Shown here: positions 36,082-49,487 of the stretch, one piece after another
Position numbering within the stretch: the stretch's first letter is position 1
Layout: each line of letters opens with the position of its first letter
Assembly: GCA_046290225.1 (NCBI GenBank)
Contig: JBKAGE010000082.1
Coordinates: forward strand, 192,001-256,000
DNA length: 64,000 bases
From: Bradymonadia bacterium
Lineage (GTDB): Bacteria > Myxococcota_A > Bradymonadia > UBA7976 > UBA1532
Direction of reading: 5' to 3'
Program-made: the position numbers and the translations under genes
Notes under the pieces: model-generated
What the model was told of the DNA's origin: nothing
Database searches by the model: none
The model's input: only the letters and a program-made list of their open reading frames with translations

Positions 36082-39000
36082 TCACTTCCCGTCGGACTTG
36101 CCCTCGGGGCTCTTCTCCGCAGGCTTGGCCTCAGAAGCCTTCTCTGGGGCCTTCTCAGAGGTTTTTTCTGAGGCTTTCTTTGGGGCCTTCTCAGCGGGCT
36201 TGTCACCCTTCTTCCCAGCCTCTTCCTGCGCCTTGCACTCCGGCGTGATGATCCGCGACAGGATCTTGAACTCCACCCGGCGGTTGCGGCGGCGACCGTC
36301 GGCGGTGTTGTTCGGCTCCAGAGGCTCGTCTTCGCCGAAGCCCTTCGCCACCAGACGGTTCGCCGCGAGCTTGCCCTTGTCGATCAGGTAGCGGCGCACC
36401 TGCTCCGCGCGGCGCTTCGAGAGATCGAGGTTGTAGCTCGCCGGACCGCGGCTGTCGGTGTGACCGCCCACCTGCACCTTGCGGATACTCGGGCTGTTGC
36501 GCATCAGCTGCACCACATCGTCGAGCAGCTTCTGCGACTCGTCACGGAGCGTGGCCGAGTCAGTCTTGAACAGCACGCGCTGACCCTTGAGATCGATGCG
36601 ATCACACTGCACCTTCGGGCCCTCGGGGCGGGTGTCCGGGCAGCCATCGTCGTCCTCGAAGTCGTTCACGTTCTCCGCGTCGTTCGGGCACTTGTCTTCC
36701 TTGTCGAGGAAGCCGTCCTTGTCGTTGTCCGGATCCGGGCAACCGTCAGCATCCTCGAACTCGTCGACATCCTCAGGGTCGAGGGGGCACTTGTCCGAAG
36801 CGTCGGGCACGCCGTCCTTGTCGTTGTCGAGATCCGGGCAGCCGTCCTCGTCCTCGAACTCGTCCTTGTCCTCAGCGTCGTTCGGACACTGATCAGGCTC
36901 GTCGAGGATGCCGTCACCGTCGTTGTCCGGATCCGGGCAGCCATCCTTGTCCTCGTAGTCGTCTTTGTCCTCAGGCTCGTTGACGCACTTGTCTTCGTCG
37001 TCGTAGATGCCGTCGCCATCGGTATCCACTCGGGGAGCAGGCTCCTTGTAGGGCTCCGCACGGAAGGCCAGGCCGCTGAAGAGGCGCCAGTCGGGCGTGC
37101 CCACGCCCTGCACCAGGCCCGTGGCGGCGCCCAGCTCGAGGCGCAGGCGCTCCAGCACATCCCAGCGGACCCCCATGAGCAGCTCCATGGGGATCTCCTC
37201 CTCGTCGATGCTGTCCGCGGCCACCGTCGCCGAGCCCATGATCTCGGGCACCAGGCTGAAGCCACCCCCCACGGGGATGGCCGCACCGGCGCTCCAGATC
37301 AGGGCGTCGTCGATCTCGGCGTTGGCCAGACGGGCCTTCTCTCGGAAGCGCCAGCCCACGTTCGCCGCGAGGCGGGTGCCCCCGGAGAAGCCGTAGTCCA
37401 CCGCCACCCGAGGCGTCGCCCCAAAGCCTTCGCCCTGGTACGAAGCGTTGTCCCCCGTGGGGATCGAGAAGTCGCCGACGAGGGCCAGGCCGAAACCACC
37501 TGCCTCTTCGCCAGGCTTGCCCACGAGGCCCACCCGGGCGCTCACCCGGATGTCACCGATGCCGAAGCCCGCGTCGTTCGCCGCGCCGCCGGGCACCGAG
37601 GGCACCTCTTCGCCGTCTTGCGACAGCACCACAGGGGCCACCACGCCGAGGTCGAGCCAGTCGAAGATGCCCAGCGTCAGGGCGAGGTTCGCCGTCAGCT
37701 GGTGCTCGATGAGGTGGCCGAGGCGATCACCGTTGGCGCCCTCCACCACCAGGGGGTTGTCATCGAAGGTCAACAACACGCCGAGATCGTAGCGGCCCTG
37801 ACCGCGAGTGCGGCCCGTCCAGGTGGAGTTGAGATCACCCCAGCGGCTCGGCGCCGGGCGGAACTGCTGCACGTCGAAGCGATCGTTCGCCTGAGCCTGA
37901 GCCTGCTCGGGCATCGACGCCAGCACCACCGGCGCCAGCAGCGCCAGCCACAGCACCTGCCGAGACTGGGCAGTGCGACGGGCGCGAGGCGCGCGGGCGA
38001 CTTCTAGAAGCCGCCTCCGACGCATCATGCCCAGAGCCAGCAACATGAAGGCCAGCAGCGCAGCGGTGCCACCAGCGCTCGAGGTCGCCGAAGCGTCGCA
38101 ACCGAAGAACTGGCCACCGAGCACCTTGGGATCGTCATCGTTCGGGTCGAGCGGATCAGCCCCTCGGCCCACCTCGATGCCGTCGTTCACGCCGCCGTCG
38201 TCGGTGTCGGGATCGTTGGGATCCGTCTCACCGTCGTCTACAGCACCGTTGGCGTTCATGTCCTCGCCCTCGTCACAGACATCCTCCACGGCGACAGCGC
38301 CGTCACAGAGGCCGTCACCATCAGAGTCGGCGTTCGTCGGGTCAGTGGCGTTCTCGGCGTTGACCTCGTCGCCGTCGTCGATGCCGTCACCGTCCGTGTC
38401 GCTGTTGTTGGGATCAGTGCCCAGCATCTCTTCCGTGTCGTTGTCGATGCCGTCGCCGTCGTCGTCCTGCACGTCGTCCTCGGGATCGAGGGGATCCGTG
38501 CCGCGCTCCACCTCTTCACCGTCGGAGATCGTGCCCCCGTCGGTGTCGGCGTTGTTCGGATCGGTCTCTCCGTCGTCGATGGCACCGTTCTGGTTCTCGT
38601 CTTCCTCACCGTCTTCGAGGCCGTCGTCGTCGGTGTCGGCGTCCAGCGGATCGGTGGGGTTCTCGCCGAGCACCTCGATGCCGTCGGAGAGGCCGTCACC
38701 ATCGGTGTCGGGGTTGTTCGGGTCGGTGCCCCGCATCATCTCGTCTTCGTCGCCGAGGCCGTCACCATCGCTGTCAGGGCCACGGGCGTCGTCCGAAGGG
38801 TCGAGCGGATCAGTCTCGTTCATCACCTCTTGACCATCACCCACGCCACCGTCATCGGTGTCGAAGTCGTTGGGATCAGTCTCACCCTCGTCCAGGGCGC
38901 CGTTGCCGTTGGCGTCTTCCTCACCATCAGTGAGGCCGTCGTCATCGGAGTCGTCGTCCAGCGGATCAGTGGGGTTGTCACCGGTGACCTCGGTGCCGTC

Positions 39001-42000
39001 GGAGAGACCATCCCCGTCACCATCCGGGTTGTTCGGGTCAGTCTCGCCTTCGTCGATGGCGCCGTTGTTGTTCACATCTTCACCGGCAGCACACTCGTCT
39101 TCCACGGCGTTGGCACCATCACACAGGCCATCGTCGTCGGAGTCAGCGTCCAGCGGATCAGTGGGGTTCTCGCCGTTGACCTCGGTGCCGTCGTTGATGC
39201 CGTCACCATCAGTGTCGGGGTTCGTCGGATCAGTGCCGATCATCACCTCTTCACCGTTGGGCAGGCCGTCACCGTCGAAGTCGCCGGAGAGGTCGTCCAC
39301 CGGATCGAGCGGGTCAGTGCCGTCCATGGTCACCTCGACGCCGTCAGGCACGCCGCCGTTGTCGGTGTCCGCGTTGTTCGGATCGGTCTCACCCTCATCG
39401 ATGGCACCGTTGTTGTTCACGTCCTCGCCAGCGGCGCAGACATCTTCCACAGCGTTGGCACCATCACAGAGGCCATCGTCGTCGGAGTCGGGGTCGAGCG
39501 GATCAGTGGGGTTGTCACCGTTGAGTTCAGTGCCGTCGTTGATGCCGTCACCATCAGTGTCGGGGTTGTTCGGGTCAGTCTCGCCCTCGTCCACGGCGCC
39601 GTTGTTGTTGGCGTCCTCACCGCCAGAGCACTCACCGTCGAGCTCGTTGGCACCGTCACACAGGCCATCGTCGTCAGTGTCGCGATCCAGAGGATCGGTG
39701 GGGTTGGCGCCGAGGACCTCGGTGCCGTCGAGGATGCCGTCACCGTCCGTATCAGCGTCGTTGGGATCAGTCTCGCCTTCGTCGATGGCGCCGTTGTTGT
39801 TGGCGTCCTCACCGGGCACACAGACGTCCTCCACCTCGGCGCTGCCGTCACAGAGACCATCGTCATCGGAGTCGGGGTCGAGCGGATCCGTGGGGTTGTC
39901 CCCGAGGACCTCGGGACCATCGAGGATCCCGTCGTCGTCGGAGTCCGGGTCGAGCGGATCAGTGCCCGCGTCGATCTCACCCTGGTTATCCAGGCCGTCG
40001 TTGTCAGCGTCGCCGCCGAGATCGTCGAGGGGGTTGAGCGGGTCAGTGCCGTCGATGAGCACCTCGACGCCGTCGGGCACGCCGCCGTTGTCGGTGTCCG
40101 CGTTGTTCGGATCAGTCTCGCCCTCGTCCACAGCGCCGTTGTTGTTCATGTCTTCGCCACCGGCGCAGATGCCCGCCACGCTGCGGCTGCCGTCACAGAG
40201 GCCATCGCCATCGGTGTCGGCCTGAACCGGATCGGTGGGGTTGGCGCCGAAGACCTCAGTGCCATCGAGGATGCCGTCACCGTCGGTGTCGGGGTTGTCC
40301 GGGTCAGTGCCCAAACGGCCCTCGTCGCCATCGTTGAGGCCGTCACCGTCGCGATCACCAGGTACATCGTCAGCGGGATCGAGCGGATCAGTGTTGTCGG
40401 TGATGACCTCCTGGCCATCGCCCACGCCACCATCGTCGGTGTCGAAGTCGTTGGGGTTGGTCTCACCCTCGTCCAACGTGCCGTTGTTGTTCACGTCCTC
40501 GCCAGCGACGCAGATGCCGTCCACGGGCAGCTGGCCGTCACACAGGCCGTCGTCGTCGGAGTCGGGGTCCAGCGGATCGGTGCTGTTCTCACCATTGACC
40601 TCGATGCCGTCGCTGATGCCATCGCCGTCGGTGTCGGGGTTGTCCGGATCAGTGCCCAGACGATCCTCGTCACCATCGTCCAGGCCGTCGCCGTCACGGT
40701 CGTCGAGCTGGTCATCTGCAGGATCAAGCGGATCAGTGTCATCAACGATGACCTCTTCGCCATCGCCCACGCCACCATCATCGGTGTCGAAGTCGTTGGG
40801 GTTGGTCTCACCCTCGTCGACAGCACCATTGTTGTTGGCGTCCTCGCCAGCGGCGCAGCCCCCTTCGATGGCGTTGCCACCATCACACAGACCGTCGTCG
40901 TCAGAGTCAGCGTCGAGCGGGTTCGTGGGGTTCTGACCGTTGACCTCGCGACCATCGAGGATGCCATCGCCATCCGTATCAGGGTTGTCGGGGTCAGTGC
41001 CCAGGATGATCTCTTCACCATCCGTGAGGCCATCACCGTCGCGATCCCGAGGGGCGTCGGCGAGATCATCTGCAGGATCCAGAGGATCGGTGCCGTTGAA
41101 GAGCACCTCGAGGCCATCGCTCACGCCGCCGTCGTCAGTGTCGGCGTTGTTCGGATCAGTCTCGTCAGCGTCGGTGGCGCCGTTGTCGTTGGCGTCTTCC
41201 ACACCATCGAGCAGGCCATCGTCGTCAGAGTCGCGGTCCAGCGGATCAGTGGGGTTGTCCCCGGCGACCTCGGAGCCATCAGAGCGGCCGTCGTTGTCGG
41301 TGTCGGGGTTGTTCGGGTCGGTCTCGCCTTCGTCGATGGCGCCGTTGTTGTTGGCATCCTCACCGGCGGCGCAGACACCGTCGATGGCGTTGGCGCCATC
41401 ACACAGGCCGTCATCATCAGAGTCAGGGTCCAGCGGATCAGTGGGGTTGTCCCCCTCGATCTCCACGAGATCCTCGATGCCGTCACCGTCGGTATCGGCG
41501 AGGTTCGGATCGGTCTCGCCCTCGTCGATGGCGCCGTTGTTGTTCACGTCTTCGCCGGAGACACAGACGCCGTCGATGGCGTTGGCGCCATCACACAAGC
41601 CGTCATCGTCGGTGTCGGGGTTCAACGGGTTCGTGGGGTTGTCGCCGTTGACCTCAGTGCCGTCGCTGATGCCATCACCATCGGTGTCGGGGTTGTTCGG
41701 ATCCGTGCCGAGATCATCCTCGTCGCGATCGAGCAGGCCGTCACCGTCGGTGTCGAGCAGATCATCGTCGGGGTTGAGCGGGTCAGTGCCGTCCACGAGC
41801 ACCTCGCGGCCATCGTCGATGCCACCGTTGTCAGTATCCGCGGTGTTCGGATCGGTCTCGCCCTCGTCGATGTCACCATCAACGTCGACGTCCTCACCCG
41901 AGACACAGACATCGGCCACGTCAGCGTTGCCATCGCAGAGGCCGTCATCGTCAGAGTCGGGGTCCAGCGGATCAGTGGGGTTGTTCCCGTTGACCTCAGT

Positions 42001-45000
42001 GCCGTCGATGATGCCGTCACCATCGGTGTCGGCGACGTTGGGATCAGTTTCGCCCTCGTCGAGGATGCCGTTGTTGTTGGCGTCCTCACCCTCGGCGCAC
42101 ACGTCGATCACCGTCTCGGCGCCGTCACAGAGACCGTCGTCGTCGGTGTCGGGATCCAGCGGATCAGTGGGGTTGTCACCGTTGGTCTCAGTGCCGTCGT
42201 CGATGCCGTCACCGTCGGTGTCAGCGGTGTTCGGGTCAGTCTCGCCCTCGTCGATGGCGCCGTTGTTGTTGATGTCTTCGCCGGCGATGCAGACGCCGTC
42301 CACGATGGCGCTGCCGTCACAGAGACCGTCGCCATCCGTGTCGGGGTTCAGCGGGTTCGTGGGGTTGGCGCCGAGGACCTCAGGGCCGTCGAGGATGCCA
42401 TCGTCATCGGTGTCGGGATCATTGGGATCCGTACCCGCGGTCTCCTCGTCACGGTCGAGCAGACCGTCGCCGTCGCTGTCGACACGGTCATCGTTGGGAT
42501 CGAGCGGATCAGTGCCATCGACGAGCACCTCGGTGCCGTCGTCGACGCCGCCGTTGTCGGTGTCCGCGGTGTTCGGGTCAGTCTCGCCTGCGTCGATGGC
42601 GCCGTTGTTGTTGGCGTCCTCGCCGTCCACACACACATCGGCCACGTCAGCGCTGCCGTCACAGAGACCATCATCGTCGGAGTCAGGATCCCGGGGGTCC
42701 GTGGGGTTGTCGCCGAGGCGCTCGGTGCCATCGGAGATGCCATCAGCGTCGGTGTCGGGGTTGTTCGGATCGGTCTCGCCCTCGTCGAGCACGCCGTCGG
42801 CGTCGAGATCCTCACCGGCGACACAGATGCCGTCGAAGGCCACGGGGCCGTCGCAGAGGCCGTCGTCGTCAGCGTCGACGTCGTCGTCGTCGGGATCCAC
42901 GTCCGTGGGCACACCGTCGCCGTCCTGATCGTTCGTCGAGGCGATGGTCACCGTCGTGGCGTCGCCGATGATCAGCTCAGTGCTGGGATCGTCCGAGACG
43001 ATGCCCCCGTAGCCGTCGTCGGCGGCGAGGGTGGCCTGGTTGCTGAACTGGGTGCCTGCAGGACGGGGACTGGCCACAGTGACCTGGAAGCCCAGGGTGA
43101 CCGCCTCGCCCGGAGGCAGGCTGGCGATGGTGGCCGTGATCCGGGTGGGATCAGCGAGGACCGCGGCGTTGCCGAAGTCCGCCGGGAACACATTGGCCGA
43201 GCCCGGCACCAGGGTGACATGGGTCTCGTCCACGACATCGTCGATGACCACGTTGGTGGCCGTGGCGGTGCCGGTGTTGCTCGCCGTCACCTGCCACGTG
43301 ATCACATCGCCGGGCTCCACATCGCCACCATTGATGTCCACGAAGGTCTTGTTGAAGACCAGTCGGGGCGCGTCGGGGGCCACCCGAATCTCCACGGTGT
43401 CGTCGCCCTCGTTGTTCCGACCGAAGACACCGTCGGTGTCGGCGTAGTCGGAGTTTGGCGACAGGCGGATGATGTCTGCACCGGGCACCGTCTGGTACTC
43501 ACCGAGGGTGGCCGCGAGCAAACCCTCGTCGGGGCCGATGGCCTGCTCCGCCACAGCGCGGAAGTTCCATGCAAAGGCGTCGCCGGGGTTGGTGCAGCCG
43601 GCGAGATCGATGCGCAGGATGCCGTTGTCGAGGAGATCGGCCTCGTCGGCCTCGTCGGTGTCACCATCATTGTCATTGTCGATGCCGTCGTTCGCCGGAT
43701 CAGCGAGCACTAGGCCATCGGGGATGGTGAAGGTGATGTCGGTGTCGCACACCAGGCCGTCGAGCAGGTTCTCGTACTCGAGGCGGAAGTTCACCTCTTC
43801 ACCGGCCTCGGGGGTGGTGTTGTCGGCGCTGATGCGCATGCGGGGGCCCGACAACCGGATGTGCACGGGGATGTCCACCCGGTCGGTCAGGCGGCCGTCC
43901 AGGGAGACCTCGGCGCTCTGGAACTCGTCCACAGCGGAGGCGAGGAACCGGGTGGGCTGATGCTCGGCGGTCACCCGAAGCACGAAGCTGTTGTTCGTGG
44001 GATCGTTGTCGCCGTAGGCGATCACAGTGCCCACGTACATCAGCAGCCCGGCGCTGGGCACCCCGCTCACCGCAGGATCGAAGTTGGGCACCTCGGGGAA
44101 CTCGCCGTTGAAGTTGTCGGCGATGCGCTCGATGCGGGTCAGGGTGAGACCCTCGTAGGGCAGCTCCCGCACCCGCATGATGGGGCTGGTGCCCTCGGCC
44201 ACGGTGACGGTGATGTCGTAGACGACCGTCTGGCCCACCGAGATGTCGGGCTCAAAGCCCGAGAGGGGCTCCGCGCTCACGAAGACCTTCTCGATGGTGG
44301 GATCAGGCACGTCGATGTCGGCGTTGCCCACGACGATGTAGTCGTCAGGGCCAACGTCAGCGCCGGTCCGCTCCCCGGCGACGTTGCCGAGCAGGCTGGT
44401 CCAGGTGACCTCGAGGGGGTAGCCGGTGTCCACGGCGCCAGCGCGATCGTTGAGCAGCACCGACTGGATGAAGGTACAGCTCTCGCCGGGCTCGAGGGTG
44501 TTGCCCAGGTTGCCGGCGCCGTCGGGCAGACAGGTACCGGCGGGGTTGCCCACGAAGTTCTCCACGTACAGAGGCTGCACGCCGAAGTCGTAAGCCAGAT
44601 CCTGAGCAGGCGAGTCGCCGACGTTGGTGATCACCCACGCCATGATCGCCACGTCGCCGGCGTCTTCAGTGGGGGCCGGGCCGCTCGTCACGGTGAGCTG
44701 CGGCTCCACCACGGTGACCTCGGCTTCGGAGGTGGCGCCATTGGCGCTCATGCGGTTCACCAGCACGTCGCCGGCGTTCACCGACTCGAGGTTCTCCACC
44801 CGCGTCACCAGGGTGATGACCACCGCCTCGTCGACGCCGTCAGCGTCTCGATCGGTGTTGTTCACGGCGTCGAGGACCCAGGTCAGGTTGCGGCCGTTCA
44901 CCACCGGGGCGGGCAGGTTGGCGATGTTGATCGCCGGCTCCGCCACGATGTTCGAGCTCACATAGGCCAGGCCTTCGGGCAGAGCGTCGAAGATCTCCAG

Positions 45001-48000
45001 GCCCGCGGGGCTGTTCCCCTCGGGGATCTCCACCCGCAAGGTGAAGGTCACCTCTTCACCGATGGTGACCTCGGCGTCGCCCACCAGGGTCTTGCCCGTG
45101 CCGTAGTTGCGGATGCTCACGCCACCGTCGGGGCCCACGCGGTAGTCGTTCTGGGCCACGTCAGCGGCCCCCGTGCGCTCCGTGGAGTCGGCGTCAAAGG
45201 CCGAGAGCACGCCGGGGTCGCCGGCCTGGCTCGTCCAGGTGAGGGTGCCGTTGGCGGCGATGTCAGTCCCGGGCACGATGTCGTCGGGCACCGTGGCGCT
45301 CAGGGTGATGGTCACCGTCTCCCCCTCGGGGAAGCTGGCCCAGTTCGCCGTGAGGGTGCTGCCCACGAGGCTCGGGGCGGCGTCAGCGGCGAGGCCGGCG
45401 ACATTGTCGATGCTCAATCCCAGCAGATCTGCGGGCAGATCGACGCTCAGTGCCACGTCGAAGGCATCGTTCGAATTGTCACGGTGGTCGATGACCAAGT
45501 CGATGAGGACAGCATCACCGGCATCGGCGGCGCCTCCCTGAGTGGTCAGCGCCATCTGCATGCGGGGCTCGTCGATGATCACCGGGGGCGTGCCGTCGGT
45601 GATCTGCTGACCGGCGCCCTCAAGGGTCCAGTCGAGGCTCACGGTGTTGCGCAGCTCGTCGCCGTTGTTGGCCTCGGCGTTGTTGAGCACCACCGCCACC
45701 AGATCGATGGCGATCTCCTCGTCGCCGTCGTCATCGGCGTTGTTGGTCACGTCGCCGAGGTCGAGGGTGAAGCCACGGCCCGCAGCGTCGACAGCGGCGG
45801 CAGGTACGCCCACCGAGAAGACCAGATCAGGATCCGCGTTGACCGCCGTCACCGAGACCACGGCGAGCTCCGCCGGGAGCGTCTCGATGATCGTCGCAGC
45901 GGGGGTCTCACCCTCGGGCACGATGGTGCGGATGCGGTAGCTGATCAGATCGCCGATTTGCACAGCGGCGAAGTTTCCGGGGGCCACTAGGCTCTTGATG
46001 AGCTGAGGCTGGGGCACCGAGAGTTCGGTGTCGGCGGAGAGTACGCCGAAGCCTGCAGCGGCGAAGTTCGCCGCGCCGTCGTCGTCCACAGAGCGGTAGC
46101 GGGTGATGGCGGCCTCACCGAGCAGGGACTCACCGGCCTGCACATCTCGATCGAGACGCACGCTGTAGCGAATCACCGCGATGTTCTGGCCGTTGTCGTC
46201 ATCGCGCTCGGCGAGGGGGGCCTCGAGGGAGAGACCGGCGCCGAAGAGATCACCGGCCACGGCGAGGGCAGAGCCGTCACCGAGGGTGGCGGTGACCCCA
46301 CCTTCCAGGGTCGCGCCGTCGGGCAGCGTCGCCGTGACCAGGGCGTCGAAGGCCGGGTGACCGCCCTGGTTCTCCACCAGCAGCGTCAGCTCCACGAGAT
46401 CGCCTGCGTCGACGCCCACAGCGTCGGCGTTCTCGCCCGAAGCGTCCAGCGCAGCAGAGGAGTACGCGTTCAGGCCCGTGGGCGCAGGCAGCAGGCGGGC
46501 ATCGGCGCGATCGCCGTCGACGGCCGTAGCGCCCTGCGTAATCACCAGATCAGGGGCCAGGACCACCACCGCCTCAGCGGCTACGGAGGAAGTGCTCACC
46601 GCCTCGGTGTTCACACCGGTGGCCGTGGCCAGGTTCGCGAACTCCAGGCCGTCGTCGAAGGGCTCCGCCTGCGCCGTGAAGTCCATCTCGATGGTGACCA
46701 CCACCTGCACCGACGGCTCGTTGTTGAAGTCGGGGAAGGTGAAGATGATGGCGTTGTCAGCGGCGTTGGTGGTCACCGACTGCGGCAGCACCCCTGCGGG
46801 GTTCGAGGTCACCCGGATGGGCCCGTTGGCGTCCACGACGGGGTTGGCCCCGTGCTCCGTGGCCTGGAACAGGGCCAGGGGCAGGTAGTCGGTCACCACC
46901 ACCGACTCTTGATCCCCACTGTAGAGGGTCAGATCGAGGGCGAAGGTCACCACATCACCGGGGCGAAGTGGGGCGCCGATCTCGGGGGCGGCACCGTTCA
47001 CCGCCACAACGCGCTTCTGCAGCGCAGGCTCACCGACGAAGATCGTCTTGTCGGCCTGGCCGCGGATCTCGTCAGTGCTCTGGGGCGCTGCGTCGCCCTG
47101 CACCACCCCGGAGAGGGTGTGCAGAGTGGGCAGCACGTCACCGCCGAGCACCAGCGAGTCGTCGCCGTACCGCTCATCTACCTGAGCACGGTACGTGATC
47201 ACTCGGGTGGTACCATTGGCTTCACCACCGGCCACAGTGCCAGCGCCTGCGGTGTTCAGAGTCAGCTGACCCGGATCGCCTTCGACGAAGCCACCGAGTT
47301 CGAAGGGCGCCGGCAGCTGTGCCGAGCCGTCGACGTAGCTCAAACCGTCGGCGAGATCAGAGACCAGCGTGTCGAAATCGAAGGTGAAGTAATCCGAGAC
47401 GCTCAGATCGAGCTGGATGCGCGCCTCGTGGCCCGGCCGGAAGGGCTGATCGGGGGCAGTCTCGTTGAAGATCTGCTCCACGATGCGGAAGGCGTACACG
47501 TCCACCGCCGCCGGCGTGGTCACGGGATCGAGCACCACAGGTGGATCCGCCACATCTGCGGGGGCCAGCGTCACACCTTCCAGCGTGGGGCTGTGGGTCA
47601 CGGTGACCGGCTGCCCCGTGCCCGTGTTCGGATCGAGATCGATGGTGGGGTTTCCGGCGCCGTCGAGCTCGGTGTAGTAGCCCTCCACCGTGAACTCCAC
47701 CTCGGCGCCGTCGGCCCCCACGAAGGGATCGAGCTGCACCGTGAAGCTGCCGCCAGCGTCGGGGAGCGGGAAGGCCGCGGGATCAAAGGTGACCCCGCCA
47801 GCCACCGCAGTGACCCCCGTGACCTGGAAGCGCGAGTCCACGGGGTACACCACGTCACCACCGAGGACCTCGGCACCCGCGGCGGCGTCGACCCGTACGC
47901 GGTACTGCGTGCGGGTGAAGCCCGGCCCGGAGGTGGTCGGGAAGCCGCCCGAGTGACGCAAGCCCACCACAGTGGGCGTGATGGCGATGTTCTGAGTCAC

Positions 48001-48537
48001 CCCATTGATCGGCGCATCAGCCCCGGGGTTGTTCTGCGCATCCTGACCGAGATCGAAGGCACACGTAACACCTATGTCTACCGTGCTCGTCGGCGTATCA
48101 GGGGCAATGTCGAAGCGGGCCTCGATCAGCGCCTCGGGGGCATCTGCGGCGAGGCCGCTCACTGGCACCTGCAAGTGATAAAGGGTGAACCCCTCAGGGC
48201 CAGTGACCGGCTGACCCGTGATCGGGTGTGGCAGCTGGTTGCCCGGCGCAGCGGGGAACACCCCGCCATTGACGACACGGGCGGGCAAACCCAGGGCCTC
48301 GGCGCTCGACAGGCTGAATCCCGGCGGCGCGAAGAGCGCCACGCCAGGGCCAAAGCCTGCTGCATTGCCAGTGTTGTCGAGTGTGATCGCGAGCTCGACC
48401 CCATCCCCAACGAGGGGGGTGGTGGTCGACTCGAAGTCGAGCTCGAGATTGCAAGTGGGCGTTTGAGCGCTCGCGGCGCTCGAGAGCCCCGCCCAGACCA
48501 GTGCTGCTGCGCACGCGTTCCAATAATGCCGAGGCAT
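36082..48537 (-). CDS. Giant surface adhesin (4151 aa): pilin-D2/DUF11-like Ig repeats, Asp-rich Ca-binding repeats, internal MYXO-CTERM-like motif, beta-barrel, TSP3 repeats, OmpA-like domain (AgmC/TraAB-like)
   Basis: Signal peptide; (I/P)GD.VT(F/Y) beta domains; [12 protein letters not shown] repeats; GGQFFGC-linker-TM-RRRR; barrel ending [19 protein letters not shown] repeats; VGGHTD...NLDLSKRRA...GFGE..P...RRNRRVEF. Confidence 0.9.
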   Translation of the reverse strand: MPRHYWNACAAALVWAGLSSAASAQTPTCNLELDFESTTTPLVGDGVELAITLDNTGNAAGFGPGVALFAPPGFSLSSAEALGLPARVVNGGVFPAAPGNQLPHPITGQPVTGPEGFTLYHLQVPVSGLAADAPEALIEARFDIAPDTPTSTVDIGVTCAFDLGQDAQNNPGADAPINGVTQNIAITPTVVGLRHSGGFPTTSGPGFTRTQYRVRVDAAAGAEVLGGDVVYPVDSRFQVTGVTAVAGGVTFDPAAFPLPDAGGSFTVQLDPFVGADGAEVEFTVEGYYTELDGAGNPTIDLDPNTGTGQPVTVTHSPTLEGVTLAPADVADPPVVLDPVTTPAAVDVYAFRIVEQIFNETAPDQPFRPGHEARIQLDLSVSDYFTFDFDTLVSDLADGLSYVDGSAQLPAPFELGGFVEGDPGQLTLNTAGAGTVAGGEANGTTRVITYRAQVDERYGDDSLVLGGDVLPTLHTLSGVVQGDAAPQSTDEIRGQADKTIFVGEPALQKRVVAVNGAAPEIGAPLRPGDVVTFALDLTLYSGDQESVVVTDYLPLALFQATEHGANPVVDANGPIRVTSNPAGVLPQSVTTNAADNAIIFTFPDFNNEPSVQVVVTIEMDFTAQAEPFDDGLEFANLATATGVNTEAVSTSSVAAEAVVVLAPDLVITQGATAVDGDRADARLLPAPTGLNAYSSAALDASGENADAVGVDAGDLVELTLLVENQGGHPAFDALVTATLPDGATLEGGVTATLGDGSALAVAGDLFGAGLSLEAPLAERDDDNGQNIAVIRYSVRLDRDVQAGESLLGEAAITRYRSVDDDGAANFAAAGFGVLSADTELSVPQPQLIKSLVAPGNFAAVQIGDLISYRIRTIVPEGETPAATIIETLPAELAVVSVTAVNADPDLVFSVGVPAAAVDAAGRGFTLDLGDVTNNADDDGDEEIAIDLVAVVLNNAEANNGDELRNTVSLDWTLEGAGQQITDGTPPVIIDEPRMQMALTTQGGAADAGDAVLIDLVIDHRDNSNDAFDVALSVDLPADLLGLSIDNVAGLAADAAPSLVGSTLTANWASFPEGETVTITLSATVPDDIVPGTDIAANGTLTWTSQAGDPGVLSAFDADSTERTGAADVAQNDYRVGPDGGVSIRNYGTGKTLVGDAEVTIGEEVTFTLRVEIPEGNSPAGLEIFDALPEGLAYVSSNIVAEPAINIANLPAPVVNGRNLTWVLDAVNNTDRDADGVDEAVVITLVTRVENLESVNAGDVLVNRMSANGATSEAEVTVVEPQLTVTSGPAPTEDAGDVAIMAWVITNVGDSPAQDLAYDFGVQPLYVENFVGNPAGTCLPDGAGNLGNTLEPGESCTFIQSVLLNDRAGAVDTGYPLEVTWTSLLGNVAGERTGADVGPDDYIVVGNADIDVPDPTIEKVFVSAEPLSGFEPDISVGQTVVYDITVTVAEGTSPIMRVRELPYEGLTLTRIERIADNFNGEFPEVPNFDPAVSGVPSAGLLMYVGTVIAYGDNDPTNNSFVLRVTAEHQPTRFLASAVDEFQSAEVSLDGRLTDRVDIPVHIRLSGPRMRISADNTTPEAGEEVNFRLEYENLLDGLVCDTDITFTIPDGLVLADPANDGIDNDNDGDTDEADEADLLDNGILRIDLAGCTNPGDAFAWNFRAVAEQAIGPDEGLLAATLGEYQTVPGADIIRLSPNSDYADTDGVFGRNNEGDDTVEIRVAPDAPRLVFNKTFVDINGGDVEPGDVITWQVTASNTGTATATNVVIDDVVDETHVTLVPGSANVFPADFGNAAVLADPTRITATIASLPPGEAVTLGFQVTVASPRPAGTQFSNQATLAADDGYGGIVSDDPSTELIIGDATTVTIASTNDQDGDGVPTDVDPDDDDVDADDDGLCDGPVAFDGICVAGEDLDADGVLDEGETDPNNPDTDADGISDGTERLGDNPTDPRDPDSDDDGLCDGSADVADVCVDGEDANNNGAIDAGETDPNTADTDNGGVDDGTEVLVDGTDPLDPNDDRVDSDGDGLLDRDEETAGTDPNDPDTDDDGILDGPEVLGANPTNPLNPDTDGDGLCDGSAIVDGVCIAGEDINNNGAIDEGETDPNTADTDGDGIDDGTETNGDNPTDPLDPDTDDDGLCDGAETVIDVCAEGEDANNNGILDEGETDPNVADTDGDGIIDGTEVNGNNPTDPLDPDSDDDGLCDGNADVADVCVSGEDVDVDGDIDEGETDPNTADTDNGGIDDGREVLVDGTDPLNPDDDLLDTDGDGLLDRDEDDLGTDPNNPDTDGDGISDGTEVNGDNPTNPLNPDTDDDGLCDGANAIDGVCVSGEDVNNNGAIDEGETDPNLADTDGDGIEDLVEIEGDNPTDPLDPDSDDDGLCDGANAIDGVCAAGEDANNNGAIDEGETDPNNPDTDNDGRSDGSEVAGDNPTDPLDRDSDDDGLLDGVEDANDNGATDADETDPNNADTDDGGVSDGLEVLFNGTDPLDPADDLADAPRDRDGDGLTDGEEIILGTDPDNPDTDGDGILDGREVNGQNPTNPLDADSDDDGLCDGGNAIEGGCAAGEDANNNGAVDEGETNPNDFDTDDGGVGDGEEVIVDDTDPLDPADDQLDDRDGDGLDDGDEDRLGTDPDNPDTDGDGISDGIEVNGENSTDPLDPDSDDDGLCDGQLPVDGICVAGEDVNNNGTLDEGETNPNDFDTDDGGVGDGQEVITDNTDPLDPADDVPGDRDGDGLNDGDEGRLGTDPDNPDTDGDGILDGTEVFGANPTDPVQADTDGDGLCDGSRSVAGICAGGEDMNNNGAVDEGETDPNNADTDNGGVPDGVEVLIDGTDPLNPLDDLGGDADNDGLDNQGEIDAGTDPLDPDSDDDGILDGPEVLGDNPTDPLDPDSDDDGLCDGSAEVEDVCVPGEDANNNGAIDEGETDPNDADTDGDGILDGTEVLGANPTDPLDRDTDDDGLCDGANELDGECSGGEDANNNGAVDEGETDPNNPDTDGDGINDGTELNGDNPTDPLDPDSDDDGLCDGANAVEDVCAAGEDVNNNGAIDEGETDPNNADTDNGGVPDGVEVTMDGTDPLDPVDDLSGDFDGDGLPNGEEVMIGTDPTNPDTDGDGINDGTEVNGENPTDPLDADSDDDGLCDGANAVEDECAAGEDVNNNGAIDEGETDPNNPDGDGDGLSDGTEVTGDNPTDPLDDDSDDDGLTDGEEDANGNGALDEGETDPNDFDTDDGGVGDGQEVMNETDPLDPSDDARGPDSDGDGLGDEDEMMRGTDPNNPDTDGDGLSDGIEVLGENPTDPLDADTDDDGLEDGEEDENQNGAIDDGETDPNNADTDGGTISDGEEVERGTDPLDPEDDVQDDDGDGIDNDTEEMLGTDPNNSDTDGDGIDDGDEVNAENATDPTNADSDGDGLCDGAVAVEDVCDEGEDMNANGAVDDGETDPNDPDTDDGGVNDGIEVGRGADPLDPNDDDPKVLGGQFFGCDASATSSAGGTAALLAFMLLALGMMRRRRLLEVARAPRARRTAQSRQVLWLALLAPVVLASMPEQAQAQANDRFDVQQFRPAPSRWGDLNSTWTGRTRGQGRYDLGVLLTFDDNPLVVEGANGDRLGHLIEHQLTANLALTLGIFDWLDLGVVAPVVLSQDGEEVPSVPGGAANDAGFGIGDIRVSARVGLVGKPGEEAGGFGLALVGDFSIPTGDNASYQGEGFGATPRVAVDYGFSGGTRLAANVGWRFREKARLANAEIDDALIWSAGAAIPVGGGFSLVPEIMGSATVAADSIDEEEIPMELLMGVRWDVLERLRLELGAATGLVQGVGTPDWRLFSGLAFRAEPYKEPAPRVDTDGDGIYDDEDKCVNEPEDKDDYEDKDGCPDPDNDGDGILDEPDQCPNDAEDKDEFEDEDGCPDLDNDKDGVPDASDKCPLDPEDVDEFEDADGCPDPDNDKDGFLDKEDKCPNDAENVNDFEDDDGCPDTRPEGPKVQCDRIDLKGQRVLFKTDSATLRDESQKLLDDVVQLMRNSPSIRKVQVGGHTDSRGPASYNLDLSKRRAEQVRRYLIDKGKLAANRLVAKGFGEDEPLEPNNTADGRRRNRRVEFKILSRIITPECKAQEEAGKKGDKPAEKAPKKASEKTSEKAPEKASEAKPAEKSPEGKSDGK
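38130..42930 (-). repeat. Coding tandem array of Asp/Gly/Asn-rich repeats within the giant adhesin
   Basis: 15 copies of the GLCDG motif, each C-x9-C, counted by eye, interspersed with GETDPN.DTD.DG and NPTDPLD units. Boundaries approximate. Confidence 0.85.
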
Positions 48538-48773
48538 GAGAGAAGACCTCCCGCCAGGTTTTAAGCCACTGCCCCAATTTGGGACAGGTGTGCAAAAAAA
48601 AAGAACAAATCGAAACCAGGTAGGATGGGTGTATACACCAACCGACCTGATTCAAGACAAGGACTAGAGACAGCGTTTCGAGAGAAAAGTCACTTTTTGC
48701 TGAAAAAGCATGGCTACACGGCACTGGTCGATCGTGTTACAGCAAGCACTCTTGCAGACTGTTCCAAGGATCC

Positions 48774-49487
48774 ATGATGGGCATCTTCACCGGCAGACTC
48801 TCTTCAGCCCGACCCTTTACAGGCACCGGGCCGCTGCTCTTCTCGCTCGCCGGCCTGCTCGCCCTGCCCCTCGGCGGGTGCGACGGCAAAAAAGAGGGCG
48901 CTGATCCGGGCATTCAGCTGAGCAAGCCGAAGTGCGACGACGATGAGGGCTGCGCCAAGGGCTTCATCTGCAAGCCCGAGGGCGACAAGAAGTACTGTTT
49001 CAAGGGTGAGCGCACCGCAGAAGAGAAGGCCAAGATGAAGGCCGACAAAGAGGCGGAGCGCAAGCGCAAGCTCGAGGCCAGGAAGCCCAGCAAGCCCAAA
49101 GATGGCGAGAGCACTCTCACTGTGCGTCTGTGCCCGGCCTTCGTGAACACCATCAACGCCACGGGCACGATCCACGCCAAGCACAAAGAGACGAACCGCT
49201 ACCACGCCCTGCACATGTCACAAGAGCTCAGAGAGGAGGAGTGGGCCACCGAGTTCACGTTCCCCTCGCTGCCTCTGGGCAAGTACAACGTCTGGGTGGA
49301 CTACGGCATCGTGGTGAAGAACCGCCCCGACGTGGTGAAGCTCAAGTGCCACGAGAAAGCCAAGCCCTGCGAGAAGGAGATCGTCCGCGAGATGGAAGTG
49401 ATCGCCTACGACAAGAGCTACAAGCCCGGGGCCAAAGACAAAGACGGCAAGCCTGTCTACAAAGACTGTGACTTCGTCGCCGAGTAA
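48774..49487 (+). CDS. Cys-rich hypothetical lipoprotein
   Basis: Lipobox LGGC; C.DDEGC..GFIC......C module; strong GC3 codon bias. Confidence 0.75.
   Translation: MMGIFTGRLSSARPFTGTGPLLFSLAGLLALPLGGCDGKKEGADPGIQLSKPKCDDDEGCAKGFICKPEGDKKYCFKGERTAEEKAKMKADKEAERKRKLEARKPSKPKDGESTLTVRLCPAFVNTINATGTIHAKHKETNRYHALHMSQELREEEWATEFTFPSLPLGKYNVWVDYGIVVKNRPDVVKLKCHEKAKPCEKEIVREMEVIAYDKSYKPGAKDKDGKPVYKDCDFVAE

Noticed and set aside
38130..42930. CRISPR array or non-coding repeat
   Set aside because: Repeats are in-frame, degenerate at third codon positions and lie inside a 4151-aa ORF; no unique spacers or cas genes.
38830..48564. Long plus-strand ORFs (e.g. 38830..43713, 43861..45990, 46357..48564)
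   Set aside because: Antisense shadows of the GC-rich repetitive adhesin gene; Val/Ser-rich translations without motifs.
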